From Squalus acanthias (lineage: Eukaryota), in contig CM059431.1 of assembly GCA_030390025.1 (NCBI GenBank), positions 101,310,001-101,374,000 on the forward strand: a stretch of 64,000 bases of DNA, in the 5' to 3' direction. Below are positions 1 to 12,801 of the stretch, in pieces. Positions within the stretch are counted from its first letter, which is position 1. Each line of letters opens with the position of its first letter. The notes beneath the pieces are model-generated. The model was not told the origin of the DNA. It searched no databases and worked only from the letters and a program-made list of their open reading frames with translations. A program made the translations under genes and the position numbers.

Positions 1-79
1 TCCACTCTCATAAGCTCCTGCCTTGTTCAGCATCCACGCACAAAAATATACCAGATCACGGACTCTACGTTACATGTTT

Positions 80-710
80 TTTTAAATTCGTTTATGGGAT
101 CAGGGCGTCGCTGGCAATGCCAGCATTTATTGCCCATCCCTAGTTGCCCTTGAGAAGGTGGTGGTGAGCCGCCTTCTTGAACCGCTGCAGTCCCGTGTGG
201 TGAAGGTACTCCCACAGTGCTGTTAGGGAGGGAGTTCTAGGATTTTGACCCAGCGACGATGAAGGATCGGAGATATACTTCCAAGTCAGGTTGGTGTGTG
301 ACTTGGCGGGGAACTTGGAGGTGGTGGTCTTCCCATGCGCCTGCTGCCCTTGTCCTTCTAGGTGGAAGAGGTCACGGGTTTGGGAGGTGCTGCCGAAGAA
401 GCCTTGGCGAGTTGCTGCAGTGCATCTTGTAGATGGTACACACTGCAGCCACGGTGCGCCGGTGGTGGAGGGAGTGAATGTTTAAGGTGGTGGATGGGCT
501 GCCAATCAAGCGGGCTGCTTTGTCCTGGATGGTGTCGAGCTTCTTGAGTGTTGTTGGAGCTGCACTCATCCAGGCAAGTGGAGAGTATTCCATCACACTC
601 CTGACTTGTGCCTTGTAGATGGTGGAAAGGCTTTGGGGAGTCAGGAGGTGAGACACTCGCCGCAGAATACCCAGCCTCTGACCTGCTCTTGTTGCCACAG
701 TATTTACGTG
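80..710 (-). mobile_element. LINE family B 3' fragment
   Basis: ATRAGQRLGILRRVSHLL...; same 3' tail. Confidence 0.9.
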
Positions 711-844
711 GTTTAATGTCCGAAGGAAATATACAGCGGCTAATTTTCACTGCCAGCCCAGTTCGGTGGGAATGCTGTGCTCATCCTTGCACTCTTGTGT
801 CATCCACACCACTTCAAACGGGCAGCAGTTCACAAATAAAGACA

Positions 845-1287
845 GAAAAGAAAAAACTTGCATTTATGCAGCACCTTCCATGACCACAGGACGTCCCATG
901 AAGTGTAGTCACTGTTGTAATGTTGGAAACTCGGCAACCAATTTGTACACAGCAAGCTCCCACAAACAGCAGTGTGATAATGACCAGATAATCTGTTTTA
1001 GTGATGCTGATTGAGGGATAAATATTGGCCCAGGACAACAGGGAGAACTCCCCTGCTCTCCTTTGAAATAGTGCCATGGCATGTTTTACGTCCACTTGAG
1101 AGAGCACACAAGGCCTCGGAATAACGTCTCATCCGAAAGACGGCACCTACGACAGTGCAGCACTCCCTCAGCACTGGACTGCAGTGTCAGCCTAGATTTT
1201 TGTGCTCGAGTCTCTGGAGTGGGGATTTGAACCCACAACTTTCTGACTCAGAGGCAGGAGTGCTGCCCACTGAGCCACGGCTGACAA
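845..1287 (-). mobile_element. Deu-SINE
   Basis: Reverse complement of 22675-23135. Confidence 0.87.
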
Positions 1288-1725
1288 CGTGGTTTGCCTC
1301 TTTCAAACACTCTTTCAAATGGCCTCAGGACACGGAGATGGAAGTGAAGAAAACATCAGTGCCCCATCTTACGTGTTGGGCGTGGAAAAATGCTTCAGCA
1401 GTTCAGAAGCACCAGTTTACCGCGCATGAGAATACCTGTAATTTTCCCCTTGCGTTGCATAAAATGATGAGATCGTGAGCACGCAGATGGATTCCTGAGG
1501 GGGTGGGGTTTGAAATAGCAAAGAAGGGTGACTATACTGGTGACTGCTCAGGATAGAGTGTTGCTGCTAAGAGGATGTAATTTTTTCTGTGCTACCAGGA
1601 AAGCCTTTTGATCATAGGAAAGTTGGCAGGGGGGGTCTTTTGGTTGCTGAACATGCCAAACTTTTGCAACTGGCTATCAGGGGCTTGTGTAGAGACAGCA
1701 GATGGCCAGAAAGATCAATAAACAT

Positions 1726-2510
1726 GGCCCGGAATTTGCGGTCAGCGGCGAAGTAAAGGCGTTCGCCGCCGGCCCCGAAGTAAGCTTCGCACAAAGATCT
1801 CGCGATCTCTGTGTCGAGAAGTTCGGGCTTTCCGACGGGTAGTTCAAATCAACGGAGTGCAGTGGGAATCCCATCGTGCGAGCTGCTGTGACGTCAACAA
1901 GCTGTCTAAGCAGCCAATCAAAGCGCAGAGTTCTCACAGACAGCAAACCAGGAAGTGGGTAAGATCTTAAAATTCTAACTTTTTAAAAAATGTTAGAGAG
2001 AGCAAAACAAAGATTGGGGCTCTCACACAAGGAAAAGGCAAACCTGAAATAAAGATGAACAAACTTTAAAATAAAATAAAATTTATTTTTACAAGTTTCT
2101 TAAAAAATGTAATTTTTTAAAATGAAAATGGATAAATTTGACAGTACAAAATTAAAATTAGTTTTTCAGGGCCATAACCTTCGTTTAGCAGTGAATACGC
2201 TGTTAAAACCCCAGTAATCCCTTTAGTCTAACTTTTAATGGGGTATTTAACAGAGGCATTACCGCGGAAGAGCCCAAGTTTTCGTCAGTGTCCCTGATTT
2301 GAGAGATTTCACTGATTGTCGGCTCTATGTTGTGGGGGTACGGGGGCCACAGCGCAGCCAGTGTCGGAGCAGTGAATGACAGACCGCAACTTTAGGATTT
2401 CCGCATCAGGTTGAGCAGGCACTACATCCTGAAGTCGCGGTCAGTTTCAAAGGCGGAATGACGTTGAATGCTGCCAGTTCGCCGTCATCAGGACCAAAAA
2501 TTCCGGGGCC
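1726..2510. mobile_element. PIF/Harbinger-like MITE
   Basis: TIR ggcccggaattt / aaattccggggcc, 3-bp TSD CAT. Confidence 0.75.
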
Positions 2511-3071
2511 CATATGTCCTCAAGTCACCTAACGTCGGCAGGACAGATTTAAAATGGAAATTGCCCATTTATAGCACCGCCTACAGGTATAACAGGTAAA
2601 TGCTGACAGTTTTTCGCTCTAAGCAGAAAGCTTTAGCGTGCCAATATTCAGACGTACAGTGCGGCCAGAGAGAGCCAGCAATAAGTTGGGTGCATTCAGA
2701 GATTTCAGATGCACCTTACTATAAATACATAGTATTAAAAAGCACCCAGAATTTCAATATGGTCCAGAATAGATTTTCAGTGTCCTCAGTCGTGATGAAG
2801 TACAGCGGCGAGTACAAATTGAAAAACTACTACGTGTGTGTTGCCACTGATTTTGCGTTCAACGTCTTTGCAGTGGACCAGGTACCTGGCCACAGGTGAG
2901 AACTCCGAGTATCTACCCTGAGATGTAGATGTGGGAGCCGCCGTCATAAAACAAGGGCTTACTTTGTTATTTAACCCATTAATAACTTCAGCAGTGAGTG
3001 CTTACCGATTTGACAATTCATTTATCGGAGATTAATTCCTCAAGGCCTTTCCTGATCACATGGAACCTGTG

Positions 3072-4010
3072 CAACCGAGGAGCAAAGGGATCTCGGAGTA
3101 CAAATACACAAATCACTAAAAGTAGCGACACAGGTTAACAAGGCCATAAAAAAAAGCAAACCAGGCACTGGAGTTTATTTCTAGAGGGATAGAATTGAAA
3201 AGTAGAGAAGTTATGCTAAACTTGTATCGAACCTTGGTTAGACCACACTTGGAGTACTGCGTACAGTTCTGGTCGCCATATTATAAAAAGGATATAGAGG
3301 CACTGGAGAGGGTGCAGAGAAGATTTACAAGGATGATACCAGAAATGTGAGGGTATACATATCGGGAAAGAATGAAAAGGCTGGGTCTCTTTTCTCTTGA
3401 AAAGAGAAGGCTGAGGGGTGACCAAATAGAGGTCTTTAAAATGTTGAAAGGTTTTGATAGAGTAGTTACAGAGTGAATGTTTCCACTTGTGGGGAAGAGC
3501 AAAACTAGAGGCCATCAATATAAGATGGTCACCAAGAAATCAAATGTGGAATTCAGAAGAAACTTCTTTACCCAGAAAGTGGTGAGAATGTGGAACTCGC
3601 TACCACAGGGAGTGGCTGAAGTGAATAGTATAGATACATTTAAGGAGAGGTTAGACAAGCACGAGGGAGAAGGGAATAGAGGGTTACTTACGTTGATAGA
3701 GTTAGATGAGGAAAGACAGTAGGAGGCTCGAGTGGAGCATAAACACCAGCATGGACTGGTTGGGCCGAATGGCCTGTTTCTGTGCCGCATATCCGATGTA
3801 ATCGTATGTAAACACAGGCCCTACCCATCCACAGCTCGCCCACAGTAACTTTCAAAAGGGAATTGGACAAATACCCGAAGGGGAGAAATTTGCAGGACTC
3901 TGGGGAAAGAGCAGGGGGGAGTGGGACTAATTGGACGGCTCTTTCAAAGAGCCAGCACAGGCACAATGGGCCGAATGGCCTCAAGCTGTGCTGTGAGATT
4001 CTGTGATTCC
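3072..4010 (+). mobile_element. Two CR1 3' fragments
   Basis: TRGHQYK, RRNFFTQKVVRMWNSLP, CR1 3' UTRs. Confidence 0.88.
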
Positions 4011-4118
4011 ATAAAAAGGAAAAGAAAAAGTGATAGGAAGCTGGCTCCTCATCCCTCTCTAAAATGGCACTACTTTACCAATCTTTGTTTAATAGCGCAT
4101 TTACCAAAAGTTTCCAAT

Positions 4119-4849
4119 TTAAAAAAAAATGCCCAATATCTATCAAAGGCTCAGGTGGTGTGCAAGTCACGAAGTGACACTTCCGTTCAGTGGAAATGTG
4201 AGGTAGTTTGATTTCCTGAGACGGTTGAAAGTCAAGATAAAAAAGACCTTAGAAGCTTAAGAATTGGTCTGTCCACATGTTAAACAAAATAAAATTGTCT
4301 GTGCCCACGCAAGCAACTCACTAACTCTCTTAACATAATTCCAACTTCACCCGAAAACAATAAGAATTTCATTTACAATCACGGCAGCATGTGGTATTGT
4401 CACTTTTTACCATTTTTTTTTGATGCGTAAAAAAAGAACATAAGAATTAGGAGCAGGAATCGGCCATATGTCCCGTCGAGCCTGCTCCACCATTCAATAA
4501 GATCATGGCTGATCTTCGACCTCAACTCCACTTTCCCGCCCGATCCCCATATCCCTTGATTCCCGTAGAGTCCAAAAATCTATCGATCTCAGCCTTAAAT
4601 ATACTCAATGACTCAGCATGCCCAGCCCTTTGGGGTAGAGAATTTCAAAGACACTCTGAGTGAAGAAATTCCTCCTCCTCACAGTCCTAAATGGCCGACC
4701 CCTTATCCTGAGACTGTGCCCCCTAATTCTAGACTCTCCAGCCAAGGGAAACAACCTCTCAGCAACAACCCGGTCAATCCCCTTCAGAATCTTGTATGTT
4801 TCAATGAGATCACCTCTCATTCTCTGAAACACCAGGGAGTATAGGCCCA
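4119..4849. repeat. Local duplication A, copy 1 (copy 2 at ~13288-13992)
   Basis: ~310 bp unique sequence plus the same CR1 3' junction in both copies, direct orientation. Confidence 0.92.
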
Positions 4850-4860
4850 TAGAGTATATA

Positions 4861-5243
4861 GGGGGAAAAATTTGGTATCGACCATTTTGGGGCGCTAACA
4901 TCGCCTGGGCGCTAACTTTAGCGCTGGTGACCGTAAAATTGAGTTTTAGCGCCCCAAGAGGGAAGTGGAGCGCTAAATCAAGCACTCCACTTCCTTCTTA
5001 GGGCGCCAATGGCGCTGAGCGGGGCAGAGACATCCTGCAGCTGTCGGTGTTTTTGACCGGCGCTGCTGCAGGGGGCGGAAGTCAATTTTGGGTCTGGGGC
5101 GCTACCAGGGCGATGACGTCATGATCTACAGGCGAAGGAGATCGGGGGGCAACGCCATAGCACCGCCACAAAGTCATTTACGCCCCGTTAGCGCCCCCCA
5201 GGGGGTGGTAACGGGAGCTGCAAAGACACCCGATTTCACCCCC
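4861..5243. mobile_element. GC-rich Harbinger-like MITE (short form)
   Basis: ggggg...ccccc ends, TSD ATA, similar to the ends of 10316-11088. Confidence 0.7.
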
Positions 5244-5904
5244 ATAGTATCTGTGATCAAAATGCATTGCGTAAAAAGAATTTTCTGTTTAGGATCGCTA
5301 TTTTTAAGCCATTGTTTGTATCCATGGTCATTCCACACTGAATGCTGGCACATCTGTCCCACAGCCCAGTAACTTCCGTTCTCCAACATACTTCTACAAC
5401 TCGAGTTCCTATTTCCTGATTTAACCCATCTTCTCTCTTACCCTTTCCAAACTTGGTAGTGTCCCGTACTGTTGGCCTTTCAAGTAGGTTTCTCAATTTT
5501 TTTTAAGCCTTTTGTGGCTAGATTTCAGGCACAAAAAACAAACCAGATTCAACCAAAAATATTAAGGAAGAAAGAGAAGCAAAATAAGCTTCTTACTTTG
5601 CTAACATTTAGGCTGGTAGAGATGCTAAGGACTGGTTTCTAAAACACCTCTGAGCTCGCAGAATTCACAAGCAGCTGGAGGGGGCGATTTTAGCTCTTCT
5701 CGCTCAGCAGAAAATTGGCGGGCGGGCTGTTAAAATCGCCCTGGCTCTTCCCTGTCCGAAAGTGGCCGTGATCGCAACATCTGCAATTTTAACCTGCTCT
5801 CCTGAGTGGGCAGCAAGGACACGCGCCCGGAGCCAACAGGGTCCTTCTTTACATCAGCATGTAACAGGCGTTTTTGGCCTCTCAGCGTGGTTCACAGCAC
5901 AGTT

Positions 5905-6505
5905 CAGGTCAGAGGCTGGGTATTCTGCAGCGAGTGTCTCACCTCCTGACTCCCCAAAGCTTTTCCACCATCTACAAGGCACAAGTCAGGAGTGTGATGG
6001 AATACTCTCCACTTGCCTGGATGAGTGCAGCTCCAACAACACTCAAGAAGCTCGACACCATCCAGGACAAAGCGTCCCGGTTGATTGGTACCCCATCCAC
6101 CACCTTAAACATTCACTCCCTCCACCACCGGCGTACCGTGGCTGCAGTGTGTACCATCTACAAGATGCACTGCAGCAACTTGCCAAGGTTTCTTCGGCAG
6201 CACCTCCCAAACCCGCCACCTCTTCCACCTAGAAGGACAAGGGCAGCAGACGCATGGGAACACCACCACCTCCAAGTTCCCCTCCAAGTCACACACCATC
6301 CTGATTTAGAAGTATATCGGCCGATCCTTCATCGTCGCTGGGTCAAAATCCTGGAACTCCCTCCCTAACAGCACTGTGGGGATACCATCACCGCACGACT
6401 GCAGCGGTTCAAGAAGGTGGCTCACCACCACCTTCTCAAGGGCAATTAGGGATGGGCAATAAATGCTGGCCTTGTCAGCGACGCCCACATCCCAGAAATT
6501 ATTTT
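5905..6505 (+). mobile_element. LINE family B 3' fragment inserted in a MITE
   Basis: GQRLGILQRVSHLL...; same 3' tail. Confidence 0.9.
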
Positions 6506-9011
6506 TTTTTTAAAGTTCAACTCCTCTGTCTCATTACCACGTTCAGACGGACTGCTGGACACATTTGAGTAGGATGAAAACAGTCACTGGAAACAGCAGC
6601 AGGTTAACTGCCAGTATGACAGGCTCCACTCCGCATACGATCGATCAAACCGTAAAAGAATTGAAATAAAACAATGACATCATTGTGACCCGACTGTAAT
6701 TTTAACTCAGCCCTGAGCAGCGAATCCACCTGGAGTTAAAATCTGGGCCAAAGCACTTTATAAATTTCTTTGTCGATGCTAAGAAATTTAGATGAAACAT
6801 TAGTTATTTTGCTGATCCTCTCACCAGACAGTTCTATCCATGCGAACTCTATAACAGCACTAAACTTGGGTTGTTAAATTATTTCTGAATGTTGCATTTT
6901 TCTCATTTTCCTCACAGACACATTTAAGGGGAAGCTCGATAAGTACATGAGGGAGAAAGGAATAGAAGGTTATGCTGATAGGGTGAGATGAAGAGGGGTG
7001 GGAGGAGGCTCGTGTGGAGCATAAACACCGACATAGACCAGTTGGGCCAAATGGCCTGTTTCTGTAGTGTCAATTCTACGTAATATTATTCTTCATCATA
7101 ATGATAGAAGCACCAACAAAAATATGGGTTAATGCCTTCTTGGTGCAGTTCGTTCAAACCTAAATATGGACTTGCGTCAGGGAAAAGGCACAGTGTAATT
7201 CAACGCACCATGTTCTTCATTCATACAACTTAACAAAACAACAAGATCAGATGATGGGAGCTGAGAAATGAATGAGAGCTGTGTTATAAATGTTCATGAA
7301 CACATGGATGTCTTTGTACTGTTGTGTTCCCAGGTTGGACACATCAATATGCGATGGATTTATACACTTATCACCATGAAGATAGCAGTGAACAATGCAA
7401 AATATTACATTGAGTTTAAAATTATACAATATATGTAAAGTACGTAATATAGATAAATGTTTGGCATTGTTGTTAAATCTGTTTCTTTATCAGCCCTCTT
7501 CCCTTTTCTCTCCTTCTAAAGGAATTAGAATCCAGTAAGCCTGATAGTCTCACTGACACTATCTCCCTTCAGCATCTTGTCCAAGTGACCGTTTTTCAAG
7601 TGTGAGACTAGATGGTGAGTGTTGTCGGGTTATTTTACCCTTTGGGGAAACATCACCCAACGTCCAACACTTGTACTCCCAACAATAGTCATGATAAAGG
7701 AATCATAGAATCAATCATACAGCACAGAAGGAGGCCATTCGGCCCATCGTGCCTGTGCCGGCTCTTTGAAAGAGCTCTTCAATTAGTCCCACTCCCCCTG
7801 CTCTTTCCCCACAGCCCTGTAAATTTCTCCTTTTCAAGTATTTATCCAATTCCCTTTTGAAAGTTACGATTGAATCTGCTTCCACCGCCCTTTCAGACAG
7901 CGCGTTCCAGATCACAACAACTCGCTGCGTTAAAAACATTCTCCTCATCTCCCCCTCTGGTTATTTTACCAATTATCTTCAATCTGTGTCCTCTGGTTAC
8001 TGACCCTCCTGCCACTGGAAACAGTTTCTCCCGATTTACTCCATCAAAACCCCTCATAATTTTGAACACCTCTATTAAATAGTATTTCTCCTGTTGTCCC
8101 CTTGGTTCGGATCAGCAAGATCAGCCCAAGCCTGGGCTCGAATTTAGAATCTACAGCTTTGTATGGTTAAGTTACTTACTGACTAAAATCCCGATTGTAG
8201 CTCTTACTGAACATTGATGTAGACTGGACAGGCTACTTGATGGTTTATTTCAGTGTTGTTTTCACACCTTTACACTTTGTGGTCTCGTTGACCCCTGTGT
8301 TTCTATTGATTATTTGTTCGTGTGGGGGGCGGATTTATTGCACATCTCTAATTGCCCCGAGACCTGGTGGTGGGCCTTCGGGCAATTTGTATTTGCAGCT
8401 GAGCAGCTTCAGAGGACATTAAGAGTCAATCACATAAAATGTGAACAAGTGGGCATAGCCTTAAAATTAGAGCCAGGCCCCACAGGGGTGATGTCAGGAA
8501 GCATTTCTTCACACAATGGGTAGTGGAAATCTGGAACTCTCTCCCCCAAAAAGCTGTTGAGGCTGGGGGTCAATTGAAAATTTCCAAACTGAGATTGATA
8601 GATTTTTGTTAGGCAAGGGTATTAAGGGTTACGGAACCAAGGCGGGTAAATGGAGTTAAGATACAGATCAGCCATGATCTCACTGAATGGAGGAACAGCC
8701 TCGAGGGGCTGAATGGCCTCCACCTGTTCCTATGTGAACTGGTGTCACAAGTAGGGCAGACTGGGTAGGTTCCCATCCCAGAAAGACGTTGTGAACCAGT
8801 TGGGTTTCATGGTCAGTTTTTTTCTGGGGCCTGCTCACAAATTACTAAATGTATTGATTTCATGTCGTGGTGAGATTTGAACTCATGTGGGGGGGGGGGG
8901 GATTTTTACCCTACTCGTTCAGCAGAAACCTGGCGGGTGGGCAGTTAGAATTGCTTTGGTTCTTACCTGTCCGAAAGCCGCCATGATCACAATATCTGCA
9001 ATTTTAACCTG

Positions 9012-9603
9012 GGGTACGGTAGCATAGTGGTTATGTTACTGGACAAGTAATCCAGAGGTAACAACAGAAAACGCTGGAAAAACTCAGCAGGCCAGGCAGC
9101 ATCCGTGGAGAGAGAAAGAGAGTTGACGTTTCAGGTCATCGACCTGAAACGTCAACTCTCTTTCTCTCTCCACGGATGCTGCCTGGCCTGCTGAGTTTTT
9201 CCAGCGTTTTCTGTTGTTATTTCGGATTTCCAGCATCTGCAGTATTTTGCTATCGAAGTAATCCAGAGGCCTGGACTAATGATCCCACCACAGCAGCTGG
9301 GGAATTTAAATTCAGTTAATTAAATAAATCTGGAATAAAAAGCTAGTATCAGTAATGGTGACCATGAAACTACCGGATTGTCATAAAAAAAAACATCTGG
9401 TTCACTAATGTCCTTTAGGGAAGGAAATCTGCCGTCCTTACCCGGTCTGGCCTACATGTGACTCCAGACCCACAGCAATGTGGTTGACTCTTAACTGCCC
9501 TCTGACACGGCCTAGCAAGCCACTCACTTAAGGGCAATTAGGGATGGGCAATAAATGCTGGCCTTGCCGGCAATGCCCACATCTCATGAATAAATTTTTT
9601 TAA
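9012..9603 (+). mobile_element. tRNA-derived SINE (family 2) sharing its 3' tail with LINE family B
   Basis: A-box-like ggtagcatagtgg, core ggtgaccatgaaactaccggattg...ctggttcactaatgtcctttagggaaggaaatctg, LINE-B tail; TSD aacctg at 9006-9011 and 9604-9609. Confidence 0.85.
9059..9255. mobile_element. Palindromic Penelope-derived short element
   Basis: Perfect inverted repeat 9059-9137 / 9141-9219 with ATC loop; similar to 49152-49275; 14-bp TSD aagtaatccagagg at 9045-9058 and 9256-9269. Confidence 0.85.
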
Positions 9604-10315
9604 AACCTGCTCTCCTGAGCAGGAAGCAAGGACATGCGCCCAGAGCCAACAGGGTCCTTCTTTACATATACATGTTGTGGCCTGACAACATAACTGAGAC
9701 CCAACTGTAATTTTAACTCAGGCCTGAGCGGGGAACCCAGCTGGAATTAAAATTGGGGCCCAATAGCTGGTACCATAACCATTACACTACCTTACCCTGT
9801 TCGCCGGGTGACATTGAAAAATACATTCTAAAAACAGTACCCTTTTACAGGTTCAATAGTACATCTTATTTGGAAGGGACAATAACTTGCATTTATATAG
9901 AGCCTTTAACATAGTAAAACGTCCCAAGCCGCGTCACAGAAGCGTTACCACACAAAATTTTACTCCGAGCCATATAGAAAGATATTAGGACAGGTTGGTC
10001 AAAGAGGTAGGTTTTAAGGAGCATCTTAAAGGAGGAGAGGGAGGCGGAGAGGTTTAGGGAGGAAATTCCAGAGTTTAGGGCCCAGGCAGCCGAAGGCGCG
10101 GCCGCCAGTGGTGGAGCGATGGAAATCAGGGGTGTACAAGAGGCCAGACTTGGAGGAGCGCACACATTGAGGTACACCAGTGTGTCACCATGAGAAACTG
10201 ACAAATGCAAATCTCTTGTATAAGTTACATAGTTATGGATACTATACATGTGTTAAAATACTGCAAGCATGTTTGGTGGGAAAAAGATGCTTGTTGTTGT
10301 GCAAATTGAGCTCTT

Positions 10316-11088
10316 GGGGGTAAAAATTGAGTCGCGCCCCATTTGGGGCGCTAACCTCGCCGGGGCGCGACTTTTAGCGCCCCGAAAAAATTAGCGGCCC
10401 CGCGCCGGAACTTCAGTGGTTGCGCCCCAAGAGGGAAGCGGGGCACCACTGGAAGCACCCCGCATCCCTCTTGGGGCGCTGCGAGTGAATATCCTGGCGC
10501 TACGTGCCGCAGCGCCATGCGCTGCGGCATGTCGCGCCGCGGTATTGCAGGCCTTCCTCCCCTTCTTAAAGGGGAGGGACCCTGCGCAGCGCGAACCGGG
10601 GCCCAGCTGGGCCCCCAGGGATCGGGAGTGCCAGCAAAAGAGCCCGGCACTCAAGAGAAGTGCCGGGCTCTTGGAGCGCAGCCGGCACTTCACGGTGGGG
10701 GGGCTTCACGGGGGCCGGGGACAGCAACGGGGGCAGGTGCTGGCAGGCGGCCAGCAACAAAAATGGCCGCCTGCCACCTCCCCTTTAAATATCGCCGCCC
10801 CGGCCGCACGTACGCCTCCCTGAACCCGTCGGACATAGCGTCTGGCGGTAAATCAGGGGGCGCGACTGAAGATCACGGCCGGGGCGCGAGCGGGGTGCTG
10901 CGCACGGCGATGACGTCATCGCCGGCGGCGCAGCGCCACAGGGCGCTACCGGCTGCCGCCGCCGCTAGCCTCCCACTAAATTTTTCGGGAGGCGTGGGCG
11001 GCGCTGCGCCCGGGCGTTAGCTGCTTTACGCCCCATTAGCGCCCTCTTAAGGCGCTAACGGGAGGCGCAAGCAGCTGAATTTTTCCCC
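10316..11088. mobile_element. GC/CpG-rich Harbinger-like MITE (long form)
   Basis: gggggtaaaaatt / aatttttcccc ends, probable TSD CTT; shares gcgccccaagagggaag, gcgatgacgtcat and tttacgcccc..tagcgccc with 4861-5243. Confidence 0.72.
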
Positions 11089-11439
11089 CTTAATGTCTAA
11101 CTATCAACATGTAGCTTGTTCACAAATATTTTTTTTTCCAAAGTTTCTGCAATTCCATTTCATTACTATGAAATGCCGTTTAACACTTTGCAAATTCTCA
11201 GCTAATACTGGCGGTATCTAGTGACCGAAACGAGTTTTGCACAGACATCTTTCTGTGGTAACTTAAAAAAATCGATGCAATAAGATGAACTCTGCACCAA
11301 AAAAAACTTTCTTTCGCACATGTAAACTGTTGGAACCATCGAAGTTCACAGGACAGATGGAGGCTATTTGGCCCATCATTTCTGGGCTGGCTCTCTCCTA
11401 GAGCAATCCAAGACTATTCCCACTTTCCTCCCACAACTC

Positions 11440-11561
11440 CAGTGTTCCCTCTAAGCTGTGCGGCCGTGCAGCTGTCTTGCGGTCCCGGGACCGGCTTTTC
11501 CAATCTGAAATGAAACTTCGAATGGGCTGCGCATCCCAAAAATGAATTTGGGTGAACATTG
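11440..11561. mobile_element. hAT-like mini-MITE, same family
   Basis: cagtgttccc / gtgaacattg, TSD cacaactc / tacagctc, shared gaatgggc.gcgca.cc.aaaaa. Confidence 0.7.
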
Positions 11562-12057
11562 TACAGCTCTATGTCTTCCTATGCTTCAAATATTAACAAG
11601 TGGAATTTAAGGAGCATCCGATTGATTACTGTTTAATTCGTAACCTGTTCCTGAGCACCATCCCCTATGGTTCCTAGTCTCAGAATCATGTCCGACAATA
11701 TTATTTTGCAATGTTTTATCTGCTTCAATAAAGTGGCAGCTACATTATTGTTTAATTATACAGGGTGTATTTGCAATTGGAATAGGGTCCAGCTAGCTAT
11801 TGAACTCATTCTAATAACAACTTTCCTTACGTTTCATTCTGTCGTGAACCAGACTTTTTGAAAATATTTGGAACCCAGCACTGAAATAATATTATTCATG
11901 AACCAGTACAGCCAAAAACTAGCTTTGTTACCGTGCTAACCACTAACTCTTGTCAGTCACGTTTCACATTGAAAACAAGCGAATGGTTTTCTATAGTCTG
12001 GTGCACACATTTTAACGTCACACTGTTCTGTGTGAACTTTGTGTAGCCTTGAAAAAA

Positions 12058-12525
12058 GAAAAGAAAGACTTGCATTTCTACAGCGCCTTTCACGACCTCA
12101 GGATGTCCCAAAGCACTTTACAGCCAATGAAGTACTTTTGAAGTGTAGTCACTGATATAATGTAGGAAACGCGGCAGCCAATCTGCACACAGCAAGCTCC
12201 CACAAACAGCACTGTGATAATGACCAGATATTCTGATTTTTTTTTTTTACTGATGTTGGTTGAGGGATAAATATTGGCCAGAACACCGGGGTGAACTCCC
12301 CTGCTCTTCTTTGAAATAGTGCCGTGGGGTCCTTTACGTCCATTCGAGAGGGCACACCGGGGCCTTGGTTTAACGTTTCTTCCAAAAGACGGCACCTCCA
12401 ACAGTGCAGCACTCCCTCAGTACTACACTGGGAATGTCAGCCTGGATTCTGTGTTCAAGTCTCTGGAGTGAGACTTGAACCCATGACCTTCTGACTCCGA
12501 GGGGAGAGTGCTGTCCACTGAGCGA
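12058..12525 (-). mobile_element. Deu-SINE
   Basis: Same family. Confidence 0.87.
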
Positions 12526-12801
12526 CTAAAAAAGGAGTGTTTCCAGTTTCCAGCTCATACATAGAAAAAAATTTGATGTATGAATAAAATGCTCTAAATT
12601 AGCTTTGTATGTTTTACAAGAGTGAATGCGGATAACGGAACAAAACCATATCAGGTCACCGCAAGTAACCCATAGTCCTGTGATGCTTTAGCTTGGACAT
12701 GGCGAAGGATCAGTCCTGAACTAGCTGCAAGAAATACCAGTGTTTGTCATTCTTGCTCAAAGAAGTTGCATTTTGGAAAAAAAACAACAGATTGGCAAGT
12801 G

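Larger units (their letters stand above)
8889..9761. mobile_element. MITE-like element hosting SINE family 2; sister copy at 5679-6748 hosts a LINE-B fragment
   Basis: 8900-9011 plus 9604-9667 align with 5684-5853, and 9697-9760 with 6686-6748; G-rich start, gggcc end. Confidence 0.7.

Noticed and set aside
10351..11020. Overlapping 100-167 aa ORFs, CpG-island-like first exon
   Set aside because: Stop-poor GC-rich MITE with TIRs and a sister copy; no recognisable protein.
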